Source of the DNA: Octopus sinensis
Lineage: Eukaryota
Length of the DNA stretch: 64,000 bases
Assembly (NCBI RefSeq): GCF_006345805.1
Contig: NC_042998.1
Location: 153,450,001-153,514,000 of the forward strand
Reading direction: 5' to 3'
Position 1 is the stretch's first letter; each line of letters begins with the position of its first letter. Under the pieces are notes generated by a model. It searched no databases, was not told where the DNA came from, and saw nothing but the letters and a program-made list of their open reading frames with translations. Below are positions 1-13,050 of this stretch, piece by piece. Both the position numbers and the translations under genes were made by a program.

Positions 1-402
1 ACTGTTGCGAGTGAGTGCAACAGTGAATTGATGAATTTGTTAGTCAAAACAAAATAGAGACAGAGGGAAAGGAATTTGAGGATTTCATACTCAAATTCCC
101 AAAGGACAGACTTCTAATTAAAATGGCGTCAAACGTTTATAAAATTAGAGAAAAATTCTCATGTAGTGTGGGGATTTTAAAAAAACACCAATTGATAAAG
201 GGCTGTTGGAAGTGCATTTTAAAAACTTTTGGCCAGTAGAGAGGCCCAGAACTTCCAGGCTTCTTGAAAGTCGAGGTGAGTAGCATCTTTTTCTTTCTCC
301 ATGTAGCATGACTATCTGAGATTGGGAACACATTCTAGCATCCATTTTTGAGGACAATGAGGTATTCTCATCTTGTATGTACATGTGTATATATATATAT
401 AT

Positions 403-2436
403 TTCGTTTTGGATTTGGTTTGCAAGATTCTTTATATGAGTTCGTGTGTTGAAGCATATTCTGTTGTGTCTGGGGAGAGTCATTTTCTTTTAGTGCCTTA
501 TTATTTAACACACTCACCGGTAAAATTTCAACTTATTTCTTATTTTTATTTTCTAAAATTTTCATTGCATGTTGCAACCGTTTCAATAGTCTTAACTCTG
601 TCCGTTATTTTCACTGCGTTCCCTTTTGTTTGTTTGTGCACATGTGTGTGGGTCAGTGGGTCAGTATGTGTATGTGCCTATACATGCATGCATGTATGTA
701 TGTATGTATGTGTGTGTTTGCATGTGTATGTATGTATATATGTGTGTGTATGCATATGTATGTATGTATGTGTGTGCATCTGTATGTACGTATCCTGCAT
801 ATTTATGTGCTTGCCTGTCCGTGTTTGTGTATTTTCTATGTATGTGTGTGTGAGCATGTGTTTGTATATGTATGCACCTCTGTCTCCTTGTGTGTGCATG
901 TTAGGTAACTATGTACCATGTTTGTGTGTATGGATGTGCATCTTTATATGTGTGGATCCGTGTCTCCATATGTGTGTGTTCATATAGTCTATATACCTAT
1001 CCGTCTGTATATTGATCTGTTTATTTACATATCAAATGCTTACATACAGAAATTTAAAAAAAAAAAAAAAATACAAACTAAAAAATATTTAAAAAATAAC
1101 AAAAAAACCAAAAAAATTATAATGATTAAAAAAAGGCATACATACACTCACACCCCAAACACATACATTTATCTACCTAACAGTCCACTAACTATTCTAC
1201 TCTACCTGTGTAAACTGTGGGTATGGAGGTATGGTATTTATTGTGTATATTTCCTATTTAATATTGGGGAGGTTTCATTTATAAGCACGTACTCCCGTAT
1301 TTGTTTGAGTGTTGGGTCTTTTGGGTGCTTGGATAAGATGTGGATGTCAAGTTGACCCAAGTTACCTCCATGGTGGTCTTTGGCATGTTCGTAGAGTATG
1401 GAGGACTATTTTCTGTTGTCATATTGTCTTAGACGTTCATTTATCCGTTCCGCAATGCTCCTAGACGTCTCCTCTATGTACATCATGTTCACGTTCTTAC
1501 AAGCACCCTCTATGCATCTTATGCTGTAAACTACATTTCGAGTTCTACAGTTAATACCAGGGCTAATTCTACATACCATGCAGTTATCATTGGTGCATAT
1601 GGTATTCTTAAACAGGTACGTCCTACATAGTTGTGATCTGATGGAGTTCCCTGACTTTTCAACAATTTTAATGTTGAGTTTGGTCTCCTTCAGAGCTTTT
1701 CTAAATCTACGGGCTAGTTCTCCATGGGCCGTGGCCTCTACAAACATTACTCCTTGATATTTGTTGGTTTTATACCATGTGTTCACACTGTTTGCTTTGT
1801 CACAAGTTCTTTGTATTCTATTCCATTCTTTGTTTCTATATCTAGGGCAGGTACCACTGGTATCATTACGTATAATGTTATCTAATTGCTCTCTAGCCCC
1901 CACCCCCATATTCATGAACCCTATCTTTCTGATCATATCCAGAGAACTGCATGCGGTGTATGAAGTTCTGTATATGTTTCTTCGTTTCATAGGGTTTGCA
2001 TAGTGGGGACACATTGTTCATTATTCTAACTAGGTCTGCTATTAGTATGTTAATTTTCATGTTGTGTGACAAAGCTGAGTTCTTGTGAACAACATATTTT
2101 GAAGTTACAGGTTTCATGTAATAAGAGTGGAGGAGCTGCACTCTATTGTTCACATTCTCTAACCTAAGATCAGTATCAAGTACAGGGAGTCTATTGTTAG
2201 GGTTTTTAGTGGGGTAATCTATAGTAACCTTGATACTTTGGTGAATGGAGTTAGCTATTTGCTGGATGCTCTCCATTATGTTCTTCTCAGTCTCTTCATT
2301 ACTGTCACTAGAGTTGGTTCTAACTATTATATTAATGTCATCTACATATCTACTGTAGAGTAGAAGAGTTGTGGACTGTTCTGCTAACATTTGTTTAAAT
2401 TTTCTGTCCCACCATGTCATAAAGAGGCCAGCCACA
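403..2436 (-). mobile_element. Penelope-like element, inverted 3' copy (RT C-half, GIY-YIG, 3' UTR/pLTR)
   Basis: Reverse complement of ~3358-5253 plus ~60 nt extra tail. ORFs 1893..2435 (YSRYVDD, LPVLD) and 1406..2014 (CRTRNVVYSIRC...MYIEETSRSIAERINE, GIY-YIG-like). Confidence 0.92.
553..589 (-). ncRNA. Hammerhead-like motif, variant core (U3:A8, A9C), in inverted PLE arm
   Basis: Minus strand: CTA-TTGAAAC-G-GTTGC-aacat-GCAAT-GAAAA-TT-T-TAG. Confidence 0.5.
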
Positions 2437-3074
2437 AGAACATGAAAGAATAGAAAAACTCCTCAATGCACACATGGGAATGTGGTGCAACATACTCCAA
2501 CCTACGAAAAGGATGGCACACAATTTCCAGGCATCCAACAATGATGTTCCTACACTATATGGGTTATGCAAGGACCACAAACCCTACATAAACCCTATCG
2601 CAGGGCCCCCAACCAGACCAGTTTGCGGATCGAACATCTCCAGCAACTATAGACTGCCCTACTTCCTCTCACAAGTATTGCGACCTCTCATAGAGATGTC
2701 TCCGGATGTCTGTATAAGTATGGAAGATCTCCTCAGTAAAATCAGTACTTGCAACCACGCAAACAACCTCACAGGTTGTATAGTGGGTAGTAGTGAAGTG
2801 GAATTCCGTAAGGTCAACACCAGGGAACTGGGCCTCCTCCTCAGACTATGCTATGACAATAACTATTTAGATGACCATGACCTTAGTAAATTCTGCCCCA
2901 CCAAGTCACAGAGAGGTAGACCACCCACCATCACTTCAGCGGTGAAGAAAAGCACCACAGAGCACTGGAGTGGCTGGACCGCACCCACCCAAAACCTTGA
3001 GAACAACAATCAGGTGAGGGAAATGATTGCATATGCAATAGGGGCCAGCGTAAAAACCACATAGTGAAGTTTAA

Positions 3075-3295
3075 CTCTTTCATTACCAACCCGGCTGAAA
3101 CCACCTCTGGGTCTCTAGTACAAATGTCTTGTTTTCATAAGCTTTGAATTAAAATCTTCCACCAAACCTTAGTCAGAATTTATGTTCCTAACACTAGCTG
3201 AATGATAACTAAGTTATTTTACTAAATTCTTTGTTATATTTAAATTAATTGAAAGAAACACAGAGCATCTCAACAGAAATACAGTAACGAAAGGG
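3075..3295. mobile_element. piggyBac-like MITE inserted in the PLE RT
   Basis: TTAA on both sides (3071-3074, 3296-3299); TIRs CTCTTTCATTAC / GTAACGAAAGGG. Removing it restores aag ttt aat aaa aaa cta tac atg cag (KFNKKLYMQ). Confidence 0.8.
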
Positions 3296-5124
3296 TTAAT
3301 AAAAAACTATACATGCAGGTTCAAGGTGCAGCCATTGGTGTAGGTATAGCTGGAGATGTGGCTGGCCTCTTTATGACATGGTGGGACAGAAAATTTAAAC
3401 AAATGTTAGCAGAACAGTTCACAACTCTTCTACTCTACAGTAGATATGTAGATGACATTAATATAATAGTTAGAACCAACTCTAGTGACGGTAATGAAGA
3501 GACTGAGAAGAACGTAATGGAGAGCATCCAGCAAATAGCTAACTCCATTCACCAAAGTATCAAGGTTACTATAGATTACCCCACTAAAAACCCTAACAAT
3601 AGACTCCCTGTACTTGATACTGATCTTAAGTTAGAGAATGTGAACAATAGAGTGCAGCTCCTCCACTTTTATTACATGAAACCTGTAACTTCAAAATATG
3701 TTGTTCACAAGAACTCAGCTTTGTCACACAACATGAAAATTAACATACTAATAGCAGACCTAGTTAGAATAATGAACAATGTGTCCCCACTATGCAAACC
3801 CTATGAAATGAAGAAACATATACAGAACTTCATACACCGCATGCAGTTCTCTGGATATGATCAGAAAGATAGGGTTTGTGAATACGGGGGGGAGGGCTAG
3901 AGAGCAATTAGATAACATTATACGTAATGATACCAGTGGTACCTGCCCTAGATATAGAAACAAAGAATGGAATAGAATACAAAGAACTTGTGACAAAGCA
4001 AACAGGGTGAACACGTGGTATAAAACCAACAAATATCAAGGAGTAATGTTTGTAGAGGCCACAGCCCATGGAGAACTAGCCCGTAGATTTAGAAAAGCTC
4101 TGAAGGAGACCAAACTCAACATTAAAATTGTTGAAAAGTCAGGGAACTCCATCAGATCACAACTATGTAGGACGTACCTGTTTAAGAATACCATATGCAC
4201 CAATGATAACTGCATGGTATGTAGAATTAGCCCTGGTATTAACTGTAGAACTCGAATGTATGTAGTTACAGCATAAGATGCATAGAGGGTGCTTGTAAGA
4301 ACATGAACATGATGTACATAGAGGAGACGTCTAGGAGCATTGCGGAACGGATAAATGAACGTCTAAGACAATATGACAACAGAAAATAGTCCTCCATACT
4401 CTACGAACATGCCAAAGACCACCATGGAGGTAACTTGGGTCAACTTGACATCCACATCTTATCCAAGCACCCAAAAGACCCAACACTCAAACAAATACGG
4501 GAGTACGTGCTTATAAATGAAACCTCCCCAATATTAAATAGGAAATATACACAATAAATACCATACCTCCATACCCACAGTTTACACAGGTAGAGTAGAA
4601 TAGTTAGTGGACTGTTAGGTAGATAAATGTATGTATGTTTGTGGGTGAGAATGTGTGTATGCCTTTTTTTAATCATTATTATTTTTCGTTTTTTTTTTTG
4701 TTATTTTTTAAATATTAAAAAAAAATTTTATATGGTATTTTTTTTTTTTCTGTATGTAAGCATAAACAGATCAATATACAGACGGATAGGTATATAGACT
4801 ATATGAACACACACATATGGAGACATGGATCCACATATATAAAGATGCACATCCATACACACAAACATGGTACATAGTTACATAACATGCACACACAAGG
4901 AGACAGAGGTGCATACATATACATACACATGCTCACACACACATACATAGAAAATACACAAACACGGACAGGCAAGCACATAAATATGCAGGATACGTAC
5001 ATACAGATGCACACACATACATACATACATATGCATACACACACATATATACATACACATGCAAACACACATGTGCACAAACAAACAAAAGGGAACGCAG
5101 TGAAAATAACGGACAGAGTTAAGA

Positions 5125-5161
5125 CTATTGAAAAGGTTGCAACACGCAATGAAAATTTTAG
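5125..5161 (+). ncRNA. Minimal type I hammerhead-like motif, U3:A8 core variant
   Basis: CTA-TTGAAAA-G-GTTGC-aacac-GCAAT-GAAAA-TT-T-TAG; sense to the PLE ORF, in its 3' UTR. Confidence 0.6.
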
Positions 5162-5615
5162 AAAATAAAAATAAGAAATAAGTTGAAATTTTACCAGTGA
5201 GTGTGTTAAATAATAAGGCACTAAAAGAAAATGACTCTCCCCAGACACAACAGTATATATATAAGGCCTTATGATATTTTTGTAAATGTCTCATTTATAT
5301 CTATATATTGACCTACCATAAAAGGCTAATATTGGTAAAATGAGACATACTTATCTACATGGCTGAAACAGCTGTAAGATGTAATCTATACTTATATTTA
5401 TATTTACTTATATTTATATTCTCTTTTTTTATATGTATTCTACTTATTATACAACATTACTCTTTTATATACACATTCCTTTACGTACACTGATTTGTTC
5501 TGCTTTTTTATGTTTAACCCTACAGTCTCTTATGTGGTGGTTTAATAAAGTATGTGATTGAGTATTATCTGGTAATTGATATTTGATTTAGATGTATTTC
5601 TCCGTTTTCTTATCT

Positions 5616-5656
<41 letters not shown>

Positions 5657-5839
5657 AAGTATATATGGCACAACGAAGTACCGATATTTACTGGAAATAG
5701 CGAACGTAATAATACGACGCTAATGTATAGCTTCACCGCGTATGTACTAGCAAAAATGTGTGTGTGCAACAAACTAGAAAAAATTGTCTTACCTCCAGGG
5801 AGAACATCTGAAAGATGAAATACCTGGAAAAGGATAATG

Positions 5840-5912
5840 TGGGACCTGCGCAGGTTTCAGATTTTTCAAGATATGTCTGCCACCCATAAACTTGATCTAT
5901 CTTCATCAGCCA
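5840..5912 (-). ncRNA. Type I hammerhead ribozyme motif, canonical core
   Basis: Minus strand: TGG-CTGATGA-AGAT..ATCT-GAA-ACCTGCGCAGGT-C-CCA; 12-nt palindromic stem III. Confidence 0.8.
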
Positions 5913-6065
5913 AACATATACCACGACAACCTTTCATATGTTACCACATTAATGCCATTACACTCGACTGAAACGCCGAAATGCTAACAGCACGAGAACG
6001 GTGAAGAAGTTTCAATAAATTAGTAATGCAATACTAGAGTATTGCTTTCCAGTAAAGAATAGCCC

Positions 6066-8042
6066 GTACATGTACAACAAAATACAAGACGAGAAATAAA
6101 AATACATGTATATATACATGTAGATGTAGGTATGTACATATATGTTTGTATGTATGCATATATTTTTATTTATCACATTATTGTCTGACAGCGCCTCGCA
6201 TCAGGTTTGTTTATTTAAGACGCGTAATTCTCTCCCTTTGCTTTACCCTCTCCACTCTCTCTCCCTCTCAAACATATATGTACGTACCTACATCTACATG
6301 TATATATACATGCACATATAAATAAATATACGTAAGTACAGGACGCCACAACAAGACATAGAAACGGGAAAAACAAAAATTTTTTTACGACAAGTACAGG
6401 ACAGGCTACACAAGGAAAAATCAAAAAATTTTTTACAACAAGAAAACAAGTACAGGACATGCTACACAAGGAAAAATCCACCGTCATCAGCTGTCGCTAG
6501 TTAACTCAGGCATGTTTCGAAGGCAAGACAGCACACTCGTTAACTAGGCCTTCCTGCGAGAGAATTAAAATAAAATTCCAAGCAGCGGGGTAAAACTGGT
6601 AAGAACACAAACAGGATGTAACAATAAAACTACACAATAAAATGCAAGATAAAAATACATGTACAACAAAATACAAGACGAGAAATAAAAAGGGAATACA
6701 ATACGGGAAATCAAACAAACAAGAGGACAAATGAGAAAAACCAAACAGACGAAAAAGGCCTTTTTTTGGCTAGACGAAAGATGTTGTGTGGCAGCGTGTG
6801 AAAAGCAAGACTTTTCAGTAGCAGAGGCGGCGTGCGAAGGAAAGAAATTTTTAGGCTGGGAGTGAGAAGAAGGAAGGAGGAGGGGGACACGCGGCTAAGA
6901 GAGAGAAAGTGCATGTATATATACATGTAGATGTAGGTACGTACATATATGTTTGTATGTATGCATATTTTTATTTATCACATTATTGTCTGACAGCGCC
7001 TCGCATCAGGTTTGTTTATTTAAGACGCGTAATTCTCTCCCTTTGCTTTACCCTCTCCACTCTCTCTCCCTCTCAAACATATATGTACGTACCTACATCT
7101 ACATGTATATATACATGCACATATAAATAAATATACGTAAGTACAGGACGCCACAACAAGACATAGAAACGGGAAAAACAAAAATTTTTTTACGACAAGT
7201 ACAGGACAGGCTACACAAGGAAAAATCAAAAAATTTTTTACAACAAGAAAACAAGTACAGGACATGCTACACAAGGAAAAATCCACCGTCATCAGCTGTC
7301 GCTAGTTAACTCAGGCATGTTTCGAAGGCAAGACAGCACACTCGTTAACTAGGCCTTCCTGCGAGAGAATTAAAATAAAATTCCAAGCAGCGGGGTAAAA
7401 CTGGTAAGAACACAAACAGGATGTAACAATAAAACTACACAATAAAATGCAAGATAAAAATACATGTACAACAAAATACAAGACGAGAAATAAAAAGGGA
7501 ATACAATACGGGAAATCAAACAAACAAGAGGACAAATGAGAAAAACCAAACAGACGAAAAAGGCCTTTTTTTGGCTAGACGAAAGATGTTGTGTGGCAGC
7601 GTGTGAAAAGCAAGACTTTTCAGTAGCAGAGGCGGCGTGCGAAGGAAAGAAATTTTTAGGCTGGGAGTGAGAAAGAAGGAAGGAGGAGGGGGACACGCGG
7701 CTAAGAGAGAGAAAGTGCATGTATATATACATGTAGATGTAGGTACGTACATATATGTTTGTATGTATGCATATATTTTTATTTATCACATTATTGTCTG
7801 ACAGCGCCTCGTGTCAGGTTTGTTTAGATTTGTCGGTTCGTTCCACTTCATGCCCGATTTAATTTTTATATAAATATTTAAGACGCGTAATTCTCTCCCT
7901 TTGCTTTACCTTCTCCACTCTCTCTCCCTCTCACTCTTCCCCTTTTCTCTCTCTTAGCCGCGTGTCCCCTCCTCCTTCCTTCTTTCTCACTCCCAGCCTA
8001 AAAATTTCTTTCCTTCGCACGCTGCCTCTGCTACTGAAAAGT
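6066..8042. repeat. Tandem array of an 805-bp unit (~2.2 copies) with an inverted terminal fragment
   Basis: Identical ORFs offset by 805 (6215/7020, 6506/7311); ~7945-8042 is the reverse complement of ~6810-6910. Confidence 0.9.
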
Positions 8043-8805
8043 GTATAGATATGTATAGATATTAAACTATTTCTAGATAATTTCTTTTCCTCCCTCTATT
8101 GTGGTGAAAGTTTGGTATATACTCATAAGTATTCAATAAACTTTTTATCCTTTTGTTATGATATTCTTCTTAATAATCCTCTGAATAACTTAACTTTAAC
8201 TTTATAAAATATGGCAATATTCTTTAAAATATTTAACTATAGTACTACATGATAAGATTTCCCGTTTCATTATCAATGGTCTGCTAGTGGCCGGCCCCCT
8301 TAATTGTCAGCTAACATCTTGATTTAAGTTTTCCTTTACCAAATCTCATGATAATGCTTCTAATAAATCTTGATTTTTTTTATTACTGTACCCACTATGA
8401 TTTCTGTCGACTCCATCAGCCCTACGCCTAAAAGACACTGCCCTTCTTTGCTCAGCCTTAGATATACAACTAGTCTATAAATTAAAACTGACCCCATAAA
8501 ACAGTGACAAGCAAAATCTGTAACAAGTCTTTCTTCCTGATACCCTAAGCTGAAGTGAAGGCAGCATGTTCTTTGTCTATCTCCTTAACTTCTTGGAGAT
8601 TTTAAATAAGATTATACTAATGTGCCCATCTGTTTTAAATCAATTAAATTCTATGTCTTTGTGCAGCTGAGGATTGCTCTAAATTTAAATTGGTGTAATG
8701 GTTGCATTGTTCAAGTAAATGGAGTTGTGTGAAACGATCATACTGCATTACCTCTGGATATCCTTGTTGCTTATTTTGATTTATGTATATATATATATGT
8801 CTATA

Positions 8806-8859
<54 letters not shown>

Positions 8860-8863
<4 letters not shown>

Positions 8864-11518
8864 ATATATATGCACATATACATTCATATATGTACATACA
8901 TATGTATGTATATAGGTGTGCATATATGGGTACAGGACATTTCAAAATGTAAACAACATGAAATATGAAAATAATGTTGGGTACACAAAGAACGAGAGAA
9001 ACAAGGGAAAACAAGACAAGTAACATAGAAAACGACCCTTCATCAGTTGTCGGTTGTCCTTCTACTCCTTATTTAGAGCAATGAACAACAAGATAAGACT
9101 TTGAACGCAATTGCTCCCATGAACCAAAATAAAATTTGGGATTTGCAGAGGGTTAAAGTTGGTAACAAAAACAGGACATACAACAAATGGAATGAAAGGA
9201 GTACAAACAGGGAGGGCAGTTAGGCGCAGACGAGGTAAGGTAGTGTATGCTGGAAGAAGATTCTTTGATGAGAGAAAAGTTTGGAGAGGAGACAGATAGA
9301 ATGTGTCTGGACTGCACATCAGACTGAAGGAAAAGAAAGATGAAGGAAAGGAAAGATGAACAATGGTCACATGTGAGCAATGAGAGAGAGTAAAGGAGGA
9401 AGAGGGAGAGACAGGCAGATAGAAAATGGTGAAGGGAAAATAAAAATTAGAGAACGGATGAGAGAGAAAACGAAAGGGAGAGTGAGAGGGAACAGTAAAG
9501 TAAAGAGTTGCATCAAATATATTAACATAAACTTGGAAATGGATGCATGGCATTCAATCAAATAATAATATCAATAATATATATATATATATATATATAT
9601 GCATATGCACACACAGATATATACATACATATGCATGTAAATAGGTATGCAATATATGGGTACAGGACATCACAAAACGTAAACAACATGAAATACGAAA
9701 ATAATGTTGGCTACACAAAAAGTGAGAGAAACAAATGGAATCAAGACAAGTAACATAAAAAACTACGCTTCATCAGTTGTTGGCTGTCATTCTACTCCTT
9801 TTTTCAAGCAATGAATGACAAGATAAGACTTTGAAGGCAGTTGCTCTCGCGAACCAAAATGAAATTTAGAATTTGCAAAGGGTCAACTCGTGGGAGCAAC
9901 TGCCTTCAAAATCTTATCTTGTCATTCATTGCTTGAAATAAGGAGTAGAAGGACAGCCGACAACTGATGAAGGGTAGTTTTTTATATTACTTGTCTTGTT
10001 TTCCATTTGTTTCTCTCACTCTGCGTACCCAACATTATTTTCATATTTCATATTATCTGTTTTGTGAATCCTGTACCCATATATGCATACCTATATACAT
10101 ACATATGTATGTTTGTACATATGTGTGTATATATGCACATATATATATATGTATATGTGTATTTATATGTATATATATGTGTGTGTGGTATATATATATA
10201 TTATATATATATATATATATGCATATATACACTCATATATGTACATACATATATATGTATATAGGTGTGCATATATGGGTACAGGACATCAGAAAATGTA
10301 AACAACATGAAATACGAAAATAATGTTGGCTACGCAAAGAGCAAGAGAAACAAATGGAAAACAAGACAAGTAACATAAAAAACGACCCTTCATCAGTTGT
10401 CGGTTGTCCTTCTACTCATTTTGAGCAATGAACAACATGATAAGACTTTGAACGCAATTGCTCCCATGAACCAAAATAAAATTTGGGATTTGCAGAGGGT
10501 TAAAGTTGGTAACAAAAACAGGACATACAACAAATGGAATGAAAGGAGTACAAACAGGGAGGGCAGTTAGGCGCAGACGAGGTAAGGTAGTGTATGCTGG
10601 AAGAAGATTCTTGATGAGAGAAAAGTTTGGAGAGGAGACAGATAGAATGTGTCTGGACTGCACATCAGACTGAAGGAAAAGAAAGATGAAGGAAAGGAAA
10701 GATGAACAATGGTCACATGTGAGCAATGAGAGAGAGTAAAGGAGGAAGAGGAGAGACAGGCAGATAGAAAATGGTGAAGGGAAAATAAAAATTAGAGAAC
10801 GGATGAGAGAGAAAACGAAAGGGAGAGTGAGAGGGAACAGTAAAGTAAAGAGTTGCATCAAATATATTAACATAAACTTGAAATGGATGCATGGCATTCA
10901 ATCAAATAATAATATCAATAATATATATATATATATATATATGCATATGCACACACAGATATATACATACATATGCATGTAAATAGGTATGCAATATATG
11001 GGTACAGGACATCACAAAACGTAAACAACATGAAATACGAAAATAATGTTGGCTACACAAAGTGAGAGAAACAAATGGAATCAAGACAAGTAACATAAAA
11101 AACTACGCTTCATCAGTTGTTGGCTGTCATTCTACTCCTTTTTTCAAGCAATGAATGACAAGATAAGACTTTGAAGGCAGTTGCTCTCGCGAACCAAAAT
11201 GAAATTTAGAATTTGCAAAGGGTCAACTCGTGGGAGCAACTGCCTTCAAAATCTTATCTTGTCATTCATTGCTTGAAATAAGGAGTAGAAGGACAGCCGA
11301 CAACTGATGAAGGGTAGTTTTTTATATTACTTGTCTTGTTTTCCATTTGTTTCTCTCACTCTGCGTACCCAACATTATTTTCATATTTCATATTATCTGT
11401 TTTGTGACATCCTGTACCCATATATGCATACCTATATACATACATATGTATGTTTGTACATATGTGTGTATATATGCACATATATATATATGTATATGTG
11501 TATTTATATGTATATATA

Positions 11519-11552
<34 letters not shown>
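8860..11552. repeat. Two ~1.35-kb tandem units, each containing a fold-back of a ~270-bp repeat
   Basis: ORF pairs offset by ~1340-1350 (9062/10412, 9967/11307); arms ~9590-9855 and ~9888-10150 are inverted around a ~35-nt spacer. Confidence 0.85.
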
Positions 11553-11561
<9 letters not shown>

Positions 11562-11992
11562 AGGGCAAAAGAAAAATTCTAATGCCAAATATGCCGAAAA
11601 AGACAAAATTGTCAATAACCATTATAATTTAAGTGTCTCGAAACATGCCGATAGAAATTTCTAAAAAAGTCAGTTATTACCGTATTGGTCCCAATTTCGG
11701 GGTTAATTCATAAGAATTTTCCCCTCCTCAGCGATAAATACTTAAGACATAAATGAGATACTTACTCATACCTATCGAAAAAGCAAGCACTAAGTCCTGA
11801 GCAGACCTAAGTACCTCAAATATTTGTATGTTATTTATAAATTTAACCTTTAAAGATATTTTTTGATATGCTGGCCATTGATAAAATTTTTTTTCGGAAA
11901 AAATTTTATCCTACATTAGTTGTATATATATATATGTATATGTATATGTTTGTATATATATATATATATGTATATATATTTATGAATATATA

Positions 11993-13050
11993 TCATCATC
12001 ATCGTTTAACGTCTGCTTTCCATGCTGGCATGGGTTAGACAGTTTGACTGGGGACTGGCGAGCCAGATGGCTGCACCACACTCCAATCTGATCTGGCAGA
12101 CTTTCTACAGCTGGATGCCCTTCCTAATGTCAACCACTCCAAGAGTGTGGTCGGTGCTTTTACATGCCACTGGCACATTGGCCAGTCAGGCAGTACTGGC
12201 AACAGCCATGCTCAAATAGTGTTTTTAGGTGTCGCCTGCACATGAGCCAATCCAGTGGCACTAGCAACGCCCTCGCTTGAATGTTGTTTTTCACATACCA
12301 CCGGCTCAAGTGCCAGTAAGGTGACGCTGATGGCAATCACGCTCGAATTGTGCTTTTTATGTGCCACCGACATGGGGGCCAATCAGTGGACCTGGCAATG
12401 ATCATACTCGGATGGTGACTCGTAGCGCTCCACTAACATGGATGCCAGTCATGCGGTGCTGTCATCGAATTTGATTTCGATTTCACTTAGCTCAACAGGT
12501 TTTCACAAGCAGAGTTTAGTATCCAATGAAAGAAAGGTATGCCTAAGTGGGCTGGTTACACCACTGGCATAGGCCATGGGTTATGGTTTCACTTGGCTTT
12601 CAAGTACAGCATATTTCCAAATGTCTCAATCACTAGTCATTGCCTTGGTAAAGCCCAATGTTCGAAGGTCGTACTTCACCACTTCATCCCAGGTCTTCCT
12701 GAGTCTATCTCTTCCACAGTTTCCCTCAACCGCTAGGGTGTGATGCTTTTTCACACCGGTATCCTCATCCATTCGCACCACATGACCATACCAGCGCAGT
12801 CGTCTCTCTTGCACATCACATCTGATGCTTCTTGAGTCCAACTTTTCTCTGAAGGTGCTTACATTCTGTTGAGTATCCACACTGACAGTACACATCTAGT
12901 GGAGCATACTGGCTTCATTCCTTGCAAGCTTACGCATGTCCTCAGCAATCACTGCCCATGTTTCCTTGCCATGTAGCATGGCTGTTCATACACATGCATC
13001 ATACAGTCTACCTTTTACTCTGAGCGAGAGGCCCTTTGTCACCAGCAGAA
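11993..13050 (-). mobile_element. RTE-clade LINE 3' fragment
   Basis: ORF 12626..12895 (RRLRWYGHVVRM..GRDRLRKTW) homologous to 26407..27711; (GAT)n tail at 11993. Confidence 0.88.

Larger units (their letters stand above)
2437..5253 (+). mobile_element. Penelope-like element, 5'-truncated and frameshifted (RT, GIY-YIG, CA-rich 3' UTR)
   Basis: PTLYGLCKDHK..PTRPV (PLE RT N-terminal motif, ORF 2474..3064); QGAAIG and YSRYVDD (3313..3900); GIY-YIG region 4200-4380; ends at (TA)n. Confidence 0.93.

Noticed and set aside
240-281. Possible upstream DGKE exon ending ..AAAGTCGAG|gtgagt
   Set aside because: There is an in-frame TAG at 237-239, and the peptide (RGPELPGFLKVE) does not match the expected YGTKD..C-containing exon.
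6480-6560. Complete hammerhead in the 805-bp unit (and in the 9-11.5 kb repeats)
   Set aside because: CTGATGA is present but there is no downstream GAAA, and a type II/III pairing could not be closed; kept only as an unexplained motif.
11590-11652. HHR-like CCGAAAA-AGACA..TGTCT-C-GAAACATGCC
   Set aside because: Uncompensated G8A, C at 16.1 and a weak stem I; at best a dead remnant.
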